DNA of 64,000 nt, taken from NCBI RefSeq assembly GCF_003918875.1, contig NW_025765395.1, positions 62,001-126,000 of the forward strand, in the 5' to 3' direction. Each line of letters starts with the position of its first letter. Position 1 is the first letter of the stretch. Shown here one piece after another: positions 26,786-39,261 of this stretch. The notes beneath the pieces were generated by a model that saw only the letters and a program-made list of their open reading frames with translations, was not told the origin of the DNA and did not search any database. This DNA is from Haliotis rubra (lineage: Eukaryota). The position numbers and the translations under genes were made by a program.

Positions 26786-28673
26786 TCACACTGATGTACA
26801 ATTTGCCTTTAATTCGAGGATGCCGAAGCCCATGATATAGTGATGTAATTAACCGTGTGCTTTGTTGCACCACATCTATCCCCCAAAATATTCCTTAGCG
26901 ATAACCCATTGGTTATGGGGCAAGGGAGACTAGGTATGTTGATTCACTTAATTATACAAGACCAGTGGAGGTGACACTTCACCTGCCTGAAGGGCCAGAC
27001 TGTAGAGGGGGGGTAACATTCATCTCACGAAGGGCCAGATTCATTTAATGTAAGGATAATACCCACCTTACATTCTTACACTATTGAACTGTTACACATC
27101 TCACATTACAACTCAAGCTACAAGAAGACCAGCAACTGTGTGGAGATAATTTTTTCTCTGGATGCTCAGCCTAGTCTAGACTAACAACTAGTCTCTGAAA
27201 TGAACATGATTTACGGATAAAACAGTTCATAATAAAAAAAATAAGAAGTAATGAAAAGGAGCCCTGAGACATTCTTAATTTTCAGAAACTGAAGAAATCT
27301 AGACTTGCCACATATTCTAGACTTGCATGGACTTTCTTGGATATATTTGTTTCAGGGTCTGTATGACAGACAAGGCTTAGACCTGTTTCTTATAAAAATA
27401 CTGGACCATTGTTGCAGTGAGGTGAGTGTTATCATCTCTGTCGCTGCTGCTATAATCGCTGCTTTCGACATTACACTGCCTCTGTTTTGTACTACCACTA
27501 TGAAACCTTTGTAGTGATCTGTGAGGTGAGGTGAAATTTGGTTTTACGTCGTGCTTGAGAATATTTCGCTCATACGTGTCGTGACGTGCATGCATGTGTA
27601 TGTGTATGTGCGGCTGCTTGTACTAGCCCAAACTGAAGCTGGTTGTATAGTGCTAGCGCACTGAGATACCATGCCGCAGTGAAGCATGAATACCCCACTC
27701 TGACACATTATACTAACTCCGAGCCGACCAGTCCTTGTTGTACCCATTAATATCGAGCGCCAGGCAGGGACCAACAAGTACCATATTTTAACGTCTTTTT
27801 GGTATGACGCGGTCGGGGATCGAACCCGCGACCTTCCGCTCTCCAGGCGGACGCTCTAACCACTACACCACGGAGGCGGTCCTTGTAGTGATCTGTATTA
27901 ATATGTTAACCTAGTTAACCTTTCAATACAATTGTACATCATATCTCGTTGTTGTACGTTGGTTTCACATAGGTTTCACATTTTTTTACAGACTTCTTGG
28001 TTAACGTTTGGTTTTGAAGTCACCTTGGGATTCAACATTGTAACATTTACTGACATCTCTGCTAACATGGCTGACACATGATAGTTTAGATCTTGGTTTT
28101 CATCTCTGCTTACATTTATCGTTCTACATCTTTACTAATATCACCGCTTACATGGGTGCTTATATGAACGTTTACATGGCTGCTGACATCTCCGCTCAAA
28201 TGGTTGCTTACATCATTGCTTATAACTTTGCCTATATCATTGCTTACATCTTGCCATTTGAAGTTGGACAGCACTACTTATATCATTGCTTAACTCTCAG
28301 TTTGTATGCTTTTTTAAATTATGCTTCTACCATTACTCATTTTGCTGCTTACGTCATTGGTAAACACTCCTGTATGCGAAAGTTATTGATATGGTGAAGT
28401 TATCGAACCATTTGGACAGGCTGGGCAGCACTGGTCTGGTTGTTTCACGGCATCAACACACATAGCAACTGCGCAGTCAATGACAAAGCAGGCAGCTGGA
28501 CCGAGAGTTCCGCAGAAACACTTCTCACATGGTGTTGGACTGAAGTGCTCGCCGACCAAGTAGAATTTGCCACGATGTACGCATCCGCCGGGCATGGTTG
28601 TGTGGATGTATGGAGGATTGGTGTTGATGACGGCCACCAGGCAACTCAGCAGGAAGAGCAGGATACTGGTCAT
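26786..28673 (-). pseudogene. VWC2-like copy 3: intact exon 1 (28673..28409); exon 2 mostly deleted (remnant 26833..26786)
   Basis: Exon 1 reads MTSILLFLLSCLVAVINT...CVHRGKFYLVGEHFSPTPCEKCFC...DQCCPACPNG followed by GT. Only MGFGILELKANCTSV*+AATAAA of exon 2 remains. The acceptor and three Cys are lost in an approximately 200-bp deletion relative to copy 4. Confidence 0.8.
27523..27882 (-). mobile_element. SINE family B in the copy 3 intron
   Basis: Near-identical to 17373..17732. TSD TTGTAGTGATCTGT. Confidence 0.85.
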
Positions 28674-28854
28674 CGTTTTGTTTGGGCAGGAGACAGGTAA
28701 ATATGGTCGACTGTCGGAATGGCAGTTTTGGTGTGACATTCAATGTCTGGATTTCGATATATAACCAACGTCACGCGTAGGATGTGCTTCTTTTCTTATC
28801 AGATTGATAGTGGCACTTGTGTAGGTAGAAGAAAAGTGTTGCTGAATGATATGT

Positions 28855-28893
<39 letters not shown>

Positions 28894-30049
28894 CATACAT
28901 ATAGATATATATAGATATAGTGATCCTGTGATAAATACAATAATTTTTTGTCACTTCGAAAATGAACTCATTCTAGTTCGTTAATAACGAAGTTTCCGAC
29001 TTTTAAAACATGCTGTATATGTTCATTACCGAAATTTAAGCAGTTAATATTAAATGTGTGCGTTATTTGCAATCGACTAAAATGTGGCAGCATGTGGCCT
29101 GGACCCGAAAACGGGCTGCAAAAACTGAATCAATCAGAATTTGTCAAACCAGTGATTGATATAATAAACACTGATTCCACGGCGTCGGGGTAGGTGCCGT
29201 CAACGTTGTATGTGGCAGAAACGTTATAAGAATACATAGCTCGTTATAGAATATGGACTTACTATACAGTATATGGCCAGGGTGCTGTTGTACAAAGCGA
29301 TCTTAGCGCTAAGGTGACCGTATTTCCCATACCTCAACATAGATTTAAGGTAGTCTTAGCGCTAAGGTTGTTTAGTACATCACCCAGGACAGAAAGTAAT
29401 TCGTTATAACCGTAGTTCGGTATAGGCTTATCCACGTAGTATACAGTATGTGGTCGGGACCCTAAAGCAGTTCTTTATGTTAAGCGTATGCAATAGGTTC
29501 AAATTGGAGTTTTATCCCTTTACGTTTTCGAACCAAAACATTTCGCTCAGTTTCTAGCAATTTGAATGGTGTGTTTGTTTCTAAGGTCTTGGGTGCCATT
29601 CTCCAAAGCCTTTGCAGTCAGCCAGAAGTCTTTGATAAAGTTACAATTGTCTTATCGCTGAGGTTGTTATGTGGAACAGTGCGCTTGGCCTAACTACCGC
29701 CCAATGGAAACTGTTTGGCGGATAATCCAAGTTATTCTCTGTCGTTGTCGTTTGATAATAAAATCATGCATTATTCCAAATACCCATGAACGATGACATG
29801 ATTTATAGGCTTCACGCCTTGCGCCATTGGAAGTTGAAATATCCGTAAAAATCGAATGGGATATGAAGCTGTGAAATACCAGAAATACAGTTCAACTCAC
29901 TTTTTGTCACATCAGCGGTTACTTGAAATGAAACATCCTGCCCATTCCGAACGATCTGGGCATCGGTACTTAAACCGTATGTACGTTACGTTTCATGGGG
30001 ATACAATTTGTAACTATGTCTAAAACGCTCATGCTTATAACGAACTACT

Positions 30050-30860
30050 TTTGTCCCGACCACATACTGTATACTTGGTAGATTAGCGTATATCGAACTA
30101 CGCTTATAGCCGACTGCTATGGGGGCCCGACCACATACTGTATACTTGGTCGATATGCGTATACCAAACTACGCTTATAGCCGACTGCTATGGGGGCCCG
30201 ACCACATACTGTATACTTGGTCGATATGCGTATACCAAACTACGCTTATAGCCGACTGCTGTGGGGGCCCGACCACATACTGTATACTTGGTCGATATGC
30301 GTATTCCAAACTACGCTTATAACCGACTGCCAATGGGGGCCCGACCACATACTATATACTTGGTCGATATGCGTATACCAAACTACGCTTATAGCCGACT
30401 GCCAATGGGGGCCCGACCACATACTGTATACTTGGTCGATATGCGTATACCAAACTACGCTTATAGCCGACTTCCAATGGGGGCCCGACCACATACTGTA
30501 TACTTGGTCGATATGCGTATACCAAACTACGCTTATAGCCGACTGCTATGGGGTCCGACCACATACTGTATACTTGGTCGATATGCGTATACCAAACTAC
30601 GCTTATAGCCGACTGCTATGGGGTCCGACCACATACTGTATACTTGGTCGATATGCGTATACCAAACTACGCTTATAGCCGACTGCTATGGGGTCCGACC
30701 ACATACTGTATATTTGGTCGATATGCGTATACCAAACTACGTTTATAGCCGACTTCCAATGGGGGCCCGACCACATACTGTATACTTGGTCGATATGCGT
30801 ATACCAAACTACGCTTATAGCCGACTGCCAATGGGGGCCCGACCACATGCTGTATATTTT
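30050..30860. repeat. 70-72-bp tandem repeat, about 11 copies
   Basis: Unit CCGACCACATACTGTATACTTGGTCGATATGCGTATACCAAACTACGCTTATAGCCGACTGCTATGGGGG; period 71 bp (30119, 30190, 30261). Confidence 0.95.
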
Positions 30861-31157
30861 AGTCGATTCGCATGTGCGCACACACTTAATACTAACTACT
30901 TTAATTTCGGTAATGAAGACATTAAATAGTCGAAATTGGTATAACAAACTGCGGTAATAACGAACTAGAATTAGTTTACTTTGGAAGAGGCAAAATTGTA
31001 TTGTCCTTTTCACAGGATCACTGCAATCAGGGATACTCTACAACAGTCTCCCTGCTGCAATACAGGGTTCATAAGAAATCATCTACCTGCTCTACTGAAG
31101 GTGACCCACATATCACTTTTTCTTATGACAAAGGTGAATCGTTAGAACCACCCACGT

Positions 31158-31216
31158 CCACCTACACCTACACCTACACCTACACCTACACCTACACCTA
31201 CACCTACACCTACACC
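31158..31216. repeat. (ACACCT)n microsatellite
   Basis: Visible directly. Confidence 0.95.
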
Positions 31217-32366
31217 AACAGATGTGTAGCATTATTGAGGATGGCGTGACATATTCTATTAGTCCTGCTAGTAGTAAATACAAATAGGACAATATATATA
31301 GTTTGATAGTAAGTTTCGGGTCATTAGGGTAAACCTGAGCTCGGATTTGTTTGCTCTTGTAACGCACTTTTGGTGACACTGAAAACAAACAAATCCTAAG
31401 GTAGCTTCATTTTCTATTTCTTCTTTGAAGAAGAAAAACATTCTGTAAATGTTTGAAGGCTTGTAAACGTATGAATGCATGTGTGTGTGTTTCCATTTCA
31501 TTTATTTGAAAGTTCATTCTGCAAACGTTTGACGGCTTGTGTACGGATGAATACATGTCTCTCTGTTTGTATTATGTAGGATGTCGACCTTTCCAGTTGA
31601 AGTTGAGCTGTTTGCTTCTTTCAAAATTGAATATTTTTAGAGACTACGTAACATGCTACAATAAAGCATTACTTGTAATAGTCATGGGCATGTGAATACT
31701 GCTACCAATATGCTAACAATTACACATGATATTATATTATCATGAACATGAAATACTAAACATCATGAATTACATATTATGGAGCAACAATGTTGTACAT
31801 TTGATATAAGTTTGATATAAAGAAAGAGCTTTCATGAGACGTAAATATGAGTCACATTGTCAATATTTTAACGTAAAGGTTAGAGAGTTTGTATTCAAAG
31901 TAGAGGAATTTATATGTATATTTCACAACCTTAAACGTGGCATCGTTAACATATAAACTTCAACTTATACGCTTGAAATTTGAAATGCTGAAACAATCGA
32001 CAACACAGAAGCATTCTAATGGCGAAGCAAACTTTGGTATCTGTATCTGATCATCTTCGAAGTAGGCAACAGGGAGCTCGGGTATCACCCCGACAAGATG
32101 GCTACCAGGAGGAACCCTGGCAACAACCTCCTCAGATTTGGGAGACACCTGTCATAAAACACCATCGTCAGCAACGCTTATCATACTTATCTTCCACCTA
32201 CACAACTGCCACTATCAATCTGATAAGGAAAGAAGCCGCACACTTTACACGTCACGTGGTCATCAAACTATTGGTTATATATCGAAATCCAGACATTGAA
32301 TGTCACACCAAAACTGTCATTCCGACAGTCGACCATATTTACCTGTCTCCTGCCCAAAACAAAACG

Positions 32367-33812
32367 ATGACCAGTATCCTGCTCTTCCTGCTGAGTTGCC
32401 TGGTGGCCGTCATCAACACCATTCCTCCATACATCCACACAACCATGCCCGGCGGATGCGTACATCGTGGCAAATTCTACTTGGTCGGCGAGGACTTCAG
32501 TCCAACACCATGTGAGAAGTGTTTCTGCGGAACTCTCGGTCAAGCTGCCTGCTTGGTCATTGACTGCGCAGTTGCTATGTGTGTTGATGCCGTGAAACAA
32601 CCAGACTAGTGCTGCCCAGCCTGTCCAAATGGTTCGATAACTTTACCATATCAATAACTTTCGCATACAGGAGTGTTTACCAATGACGTAAGCAGCAATA
32701 TGAGTAATGATAGAAGCAATGATTTAAACCATCATGTAACGTCTGAGTTAAGCAATGATATAAGCAATGATATAAGCAATGATATAAGCACTTATATAAG
32801 CAACCATTTAAACGGAGATGTCAGCAGCCATGTAAACGACCATGTAAACTCCCATGTAAGTAGTGATATAAGCAAGGATGTAGAAATATAAACGAAGCAG
32901 AGATGGAAGCCAAGATGTCACCAATTCATGTGTCAGCCATGTTAGCAGACATGTCATACATGTCACGTGGTGATCTGGAACCAAACGTTAAACAAGAAGG
33001 TTGTAAACAAAAAACAACGAGATGTAATGTACAATTGTGTTCTAAGATTAACTAAGTTAAATCAATTAAATCAATACAGATCACTACAAGGTTCCCGAGT
33101 GGTGGTACAAAATAGAGAGGCAGTATAATGTCGATTATAGCAGTAACGACAGAGAGATGATGATACTCGCCTCATTGCAACAGTGGTCCAGTTTTGAGTA
33201 AAATAGGCCGAGGCTGAGAGTATCCAGCTTAATAATGATCTCCATCCAGTTGCCGCTCTACATGAAACTTGAGATGTGATGTGAGATAAGAGGAAAGCCT
33301 AAGCACGTTAAAAATATTCCAGACGATTCTCTAACTCCCTGGAGTAGTACACCACTGCCCCCCATTGTTATAACGTTATACATTTGGAACATTGTTACAC
33401 AAAGCATGACACTGCATGCATGATTCATCAATTAGGTAAACATTCAAGTAGGTAAAAATGTGTTCAATACTGTAAGCATGTGAAGTGGTTCTTGTCCTTC
33501 CATTAAATGAGGGATAGATTTGGTGCAACAAAGGACATGGTAAATCTCATCATTGTATCTACCGTTATTACAATACTGTTTAGTAAAGCAACTGTACAAA
33601 TGTCGTGCTACTGGCGTAATCGGTCATTCATGAATTTGCTTCCCACGTTCGCCATATTTTGTCTTCCAGGCATGAACTGCAAACACGGTGACGTCATCAT
33701 CAAGATTGGCGAGGTGTATCAACCTGACAAGGCGACTTCGTGTCAGTGCAACTTCAATATCCCCATGGACCATGGCTTACTTGAATTAAAGCCAAATTGC
33801 ACCTCAGTTTGA
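32367..33812 (+). pseudogene. VWC2-like copy 4 with premature stop (CAG to TAG at 32607..32609); exons 32367..32631 and 33670..33812
   Basis: Exon 1 is 98% identical to copy 3 but has DAVKQPD* before the CC motif. Exon 2 reads GMNCKHGDVIIKIGEVYQPDKATSCQCNFNIPMDHGLLELKPNCTSV* and is intact, with an acceptor and AATAAA. Confidence 0.85.
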
Positions 33813-34684
33813 ATAAATATACATTCGTAGCGATCTGTTAACGTGTGTATGAATTATTAATGAGTTATTCATTTTGAGTCACTATTTATTTAACCGACCA
33901 TGACTGATCAGGTGTAGGGTGGCTGACTACTCTGCTTTATGACTGTCATGTTGTCAATAAGGTCAGGTTGGATCCAGTTTGTTAACAGACACCTGTCATA
34001 TAACTGGAATATTGCTGAATGCTGCGTTAAAGAACAGCAAATATATATCAAGTGATTGCCGTGACGAGGGAACCACTAGGCGACCATACACATGTTGTGG
34101 TATGCCTTGCAGTGGGGCACTGCTCTGCCAAAGGTAGGCCTCTGGCATGCCAAACCGTGGTGATCTGTCAAAAGTGAAGCTCTGACTAGCAGACGCTGCT
34201 GTATTACTCTCCATGTCCATACTCAAGAAAAAGATACCAGGTTTTTAACTGCCAAAACAATATTGGCATTCGATCCGAATCTCACCAAAGAGGGAAACTC
34301 GTGTATTTTTAGAACACGTTCGACAAGCTGGTTTTTACTCACCTAGAATAAACATATGGATATTTGGTGGAGTGCGGATGCTTAGACAAGGAGGCGCTCT
34401 TGTTTTTAACGCACCAATCAAAGTAACATTATAAACCGTGCAGCCGAATCATGTGTTGGCATGTGACACAGAAAGAAACAAGCTTGAGAAAGATGTTGCT
34501 TGATGTCAAAATGTCACGTCGAGTTTACATCATCGAGAAAAGAAGGACTGTTATCAGGGATAAACACTATACCGTTTAGTATACATCGTTTAGTCTTTAT
34601 TCTATAACGAACTATGCATATAACGTGTCTGACACCTTCAGCGTTGATGGCAACGTGGATTGTTGTTCATTATATCAACCACTG

Positions 34685-34936
34685 ACCCGTGAAGGTCCGG
34701 GTTAGAATGAACCTGCAGTAACCCATGCTTGTCGTAAGAGGCGACTAACGGGATCGGGTGGTCAGGCTCGCTTGCTTGGTTGACACATGTCATCGGTTCC
34801 CAGTTCCGCAGATGGATGCTCATGCTGTTGATCACTTGATTGTCTTGTCCAGACTCGATTATTAACAGACCGTCGCCATATAGCTGAAATATTGCTTAGG
34901 GCGGTGTAAAACTAAACTCACTCAATCAATCAATCA
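34685..34936 (+). mobile_element. SINE family C (V-domain-like core CCCATGCTTGTCGTAAGAGGCGACTAA)
   Basis: Related copies or fragments near 12200, 20360, 40860(-), 45280, 47590(-), 50737 and 58590(-). Confidence 0.75.
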
Positions 34937-35112
34937 ATGGTTTGACAAATTCTAACTGATTCAGTTTTTTTCACCCCGCCATTTTATAGCTGGTATATAT
35001 ACAATATTCGTATGAAATTATCTACCTAAAACCAACATTAATGCCAAGATGACAAGGGACAAAGGCGTTGTAAATAAAGCATTGTTCTGATAAAAAAACA
35101 ACTTAGGTAGGT

Positions 35113-35476
35113 GAGGTGAGGTGAGGTGAGGTGAAATTGGGTTTAACGTCGTGCTTGAGAATACTTCGCTCATATGACGACGTGCATGTGTGTGTATGTG
35201 TATGTGCGGCTGCTTGTACTAGCGCAGACTGAAGCTGGTTTTATAGTGCCAGCCCACTGAGATAGCATGCCGCAGTGAAGCAGGAATACCTCACTCAGAC
35301 ACATTATACTGACTCCGAGCCGACCAGTCCTTGTTGTACACATTAATGCCGAGCGCCAGGCAGGGACCAACAAGTGCCATATTTTAACGTCGTTTGGTAT
35401 GACGCGGTTGGAGATCGAACACGCGACCTTCCGCTCTCCAGGCGGACGCTCTAACCACTACACCACGGAGGCGGTC
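35113..35476 (-). mobile_element. SINE family B
   Basis: Matches the 17373 copy. TSD TTAGGTAGGT. Confidence 0.85.
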
Positions 35477-35479
35477 TTA

Positions 35480-35830
35480 GGTAGGTATGGTATTGTTGTG
35501 TCAAAGATGACTTGTAGGTATAGCATTGTTCTGTCAACAATGACTTGTAGGTATAGCATTGTTCTGTCAAAGATGACTTGTAGGTATAGCATTGTTCTGT
35601 CAAAGATGCCTTGTAGGTATGGCATTATTCTGTCAAAGATGCCTTGTAGGTATAGCATTGTTCTGTCAACAATGACTTGTAGGTATAGCATTGTTCTGTC
35701 AATGATGACTTGTAGTCATAGCATTGTTCTGTCAACGATGCCTTGTAGGTATAGCATTGTTCTGTCAAGGATGCCTTGTATGCATAACATTGTTCTGTCA
35801 AAGTAGCCTTGTAGGTATGGCATTGTTAAA
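35480..35830. repeat. 33-bp minisatellite, inverted relative to 5620..6290
   Basis: Reverse complement of the same unit, about 10 copies. Confidence 0.9.
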
Positions 35831-36234
35831 GGTATTCTCTAAGGGCTGATAGTATGAAATTACAGCCTGGGCAGTCTATGTATTGTGTTAGTGACTTCCG
35901 GGTCATCAAGCTTTTAAGTTTACCCGAGTTTAAATTTGTTTGCTCTAATGACGTATTATTGGTAACATTGATAACAAAACACATTCTTTATTAAATCCTA
36001 GCCATCTTCATTATCTTTTCAGAAAATAATGCTTCTTTCAAATAAAAGTCGTAGTTATATTCTGTTATATATAGTTTAAACGCTTGTGTACGTATGATTG
36101 TGTGTGTGTGTGTGTGTGTGTTTTATCATTTCATGAATATGCTTTCATTATACAATGTACTAACAATTACATATCATACGCATGTATAATATATTAACTT
36201 AAACATGAAATAACTATAACCATGAACTATACAT

Positions 36235-36693
36235 ATACAAAGTCATCCACAAATATATGACACAACGCTAATTCCCCTCCTACACGTTTCAACTTTATGA
36301 GCCACATATTTGATTTTGTTTGTTGTCAATAGCCACACTCAGTAATATTCCCGCTATATGGCGGTGGTCTTTAAATAATCGAGTCGGAACCAGACAATCC
36401 AGTGATCAACACATGAGCATCTATCTAACCGTGTGTCAAAGTCAGCACGTCTGACCAATAGTTGATAAAAATCATGAGTAAATGTAGCATGGGTATAAAT
36501 GCAGTTCTTAGTCCGAATATGAACAAATATATACACCCACAAAATAATGTTTCAACACGAATTTCTCTCCTTCATAGTTCAACTATATTTCCAGGGAGTG
36601 AAGATAAAAGTATAGTCATCTACACTGCCTGAAAATTGAAACGTGTTGGAGGGACATTTTGCTGTGTCATTATTTAGTGGATTTCATGATATA
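36235..36693. mobile_element. MITE-like element with about 50-bp imperfect TIRs
   Basis: TCCACAAATATATGACAC...CCCTCCTACACGTTTCAA matches the reverse complement of about 36633..36681. Confidence 0.6.
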
Positions 36694-37410
36694 TGTACAC
36701 GTGTGCACTTCTGAACTTCACAATCATTTTCCTCTGAGTGAGCTTTGCGAATTGGTCGCTTCACGTCACCCTTTACATTGGTGTAACTCAGGCTTGAGTT
36801 TTGTGCTGCTGGGTTGTTGATTTTTTTTGTCAAAATAGGGCGGGAATTGTTGTTTCTTTTTCCTTTATATAAATCCTTTTTGCAGCAACACTCAGCATAG
36901 GAGTGGAAAAGCCTAGTGGTTAAAGCGTTTGCTCGTCAGAACGAAGGCCCGGATTCGACTCCCCACATGGGTATAATGCGTAAAGCCCATTCCTGAATTG
37001 TCCCCGCCGTTATATTGCTGGAATATTGCTAAAAGCTGCGTACAACCATACTCACGCACTCACTCACTCACTTACTTACTCACCCACAAGGTCTGTAAAT
37101 GCATATGAGCTAAGTTACCATGAAGGGTTACGCATAACTTGTGTTTCTTTTAACTCTGTGGCGTCTAATTTCTGGTGTTTTCTGAGTTACGCATTCGGAT
37201 AATATAACATCTGCAATCCTAATCTTTGTGACATATCTTTCAGTAACATGTATCCTTTACCTACACAAGTGCCACTTACAATCTGAGTGGGAGCAACACA
37301 CCTTACACGTCACGTGGTCATCAAACTACATTATCTTGAAATTCTGATAACGAATTTCAGACGAAAACTAACAGTCACCATTTGCACCAAGCTGCAGCAC
37401 AAAGGAAACG

Positions 37411-39261
37411 ATGATCGGTATCCTCCTCTGCCTGCTGAGTTTATGCCTGGTGGCCGTCATCAACACCTCCCCAGTCATCCTTACAACTACGCCCAACGCA
37501 TGCCTAAACAACGGCAAATACTACATGGTTGGCGAGTCTTTCAGACCAACGCCCTGCGAGCAGTGCTTCTGTGCAGCTGCCGGTCGACCTGCCTGCATAT
37601 CCATTGACTGCGCAGTTGCTATGTGTGTTGATGCTGTGAAATCACCAAACCAGTGTTGTTCAACATGTCCAAATGGTGAGATGTAAACAATGATATATAA
37701 GCAGTGATGTAACCAACCGTTTAAGTGGAGATGTCAGTAGCCATGTAAACGATCATGTAAGCACCAATGTAAGCGGTGTCATAAGCAAAGATGTAGAATG
37801 GCAAATGTAAGCAGAGATGGAAGCCATCTTCCATCAATTATGTGTCAGCCATGTTAGCAGAGACGTCAGTAATGTTACGTTAGCCGAGAAATCTGTAAAA
37901 GAACGCGATGTGACACCAACATACAACAGACAGATGTGATGTACAATTGTATTCTAAAATAAACTAAGTTTAAACTTCGGTACAGATCACAACAAAATTT
38001 CAGAGTGGTAGTACAAAACAGAGAGGAAGTATAATGTCGAAAGCAGCGATTATAGCAGCAACGACAGAGATGATACTCGCCTCACGGCAACAATGGTCCA
38101 GTTTTGTGTAAAATAGGCCAAGGCTGAGTATCCAGGGTACGAATGATCTCAATTGTTGTACAAAGAATACGACTGACACATAGCAGTAATGGTACTGGCT
38201 GCCGAACAGTTATCGCAATATTTTAGCGGTATTTACAAAATTACTGCGCCGTTCGTTACATTAATGAAATGCAATTAATAATGATAGTACTTAATTAGCT
38301 ATTCACCGATGTGTCTAGCCCGTTTACTGCCGCCGATCATGTTTTTATAATATATAACGCGGCGGAAGGGAATCATGGCAGTACAAATAGGAGTTTTATC
38401 ACAACTATCTGTAACAGTTATCGCCATTTCAGAATTTTTCAGGTCATTCGAGAAATAATATATATTTATATTATAAAGTAAAATCGAATAATTGACTGTG
38501 TGACTAGTTGAGTGTGTGTTTACAGTACATTGATAGGGAATGAAACAGTTAACGACTTTTGTGAACTTAAACTTGCTACTATATAGATCCTGTGACTAAG
38601 TTCAAAATTTGTTGTAGGGCTCATAACCTTATCTTCAATTTTGCTCTTTTCTGTTACTGACCGCGAAGAATTATCTTTTGCTGTCCTTTATTGTTGTCAA
38701 ATACCGTGGTATTTAATACCGGAATTGGAATTGACCGGAAGTGCGCACGTGTGATACTGATGTATTGGCGATAACGGTTATGCAGCGATACCTGTTCGGG
38801 AGCCAGTACGGGAAAGAGGTAACCCTCAACTAAGTTGAGATGTAATCAATTGTGTAAGCATGTGAAGTGGAATATCCTTGTAATGAATCTGTCCCTTTGT
38901 GAGATGAATGGTAACCCTATTTACATGAATCTTGTATAAATAAGTGCAAGCAATATACGACGTACCCCTTGCTCCATAAAGTGTTACAAAAGCACATCAC
39001 TATATCTTCCAAACTTACAATACGGTTAGTTAAGCAAATGTACAAATGTCGTATTACTGGCGTAATCAATCTTTAATGAATCTGCTTCACACGTTCGCCA
39101 TGTTTTGTCTTCCAGGCTTGAACTGCAAACACGGTGACGTCATCATCAAGATGGGCGAGGTGTATCACCCAGACAAAGCGACTGCGTGTCAGTGTAACTT
39201 CGGTAACCCCTACCTCGGCTTCGGCAGCCTTGAATTAAAGGCAAATTGCACCTCAATCTGA
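37411..39261 (+). CDS. VWC2/Brorin-like secreted protein, copy 5; exons 37411..37675 and 39116..39261
   Basis: Exon 1 reads MIGILLCLLSLCLVAVINT...CLNNGKYYMVGESFRPTPCEQCFC...NQCCSTCPNG with donor GTGAGA. Acceptor ttccag|GC. Exon 2 reads GLNCKHGDVIIKMGEVYHPDKATACQCNFGNPYLGFGSLELKANCTSI*, followed by AATAAA. Confidence 0.92.
38192..38809. mobile_element. Non-autonomous DNA transposon in the copy 5 intron
   Basis: 25-bp TIRs GTACTGGCT(G/C)CCGAACAG(T/G)TATCGC with 23/25 matching. Absent from paralogous introns. Confidence 0.8.

Noticed and set aside
30050-30860. Regular 71-bp array as a CRISPR array or repetitive protein
   Set aside because: Head-to-tail repeats without unique spacers, no cas genes, eukaryotic context, and unit length varying 70-72 bp, which breaks frames.
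33996-34226. 76-aa ORF with an apparent homologue at about 26370..26560
   Set aside because: Similarity comes from the inverted duplication. The other copy has an in-frame stop and the region overlaps degenerate SINE-like sequence.
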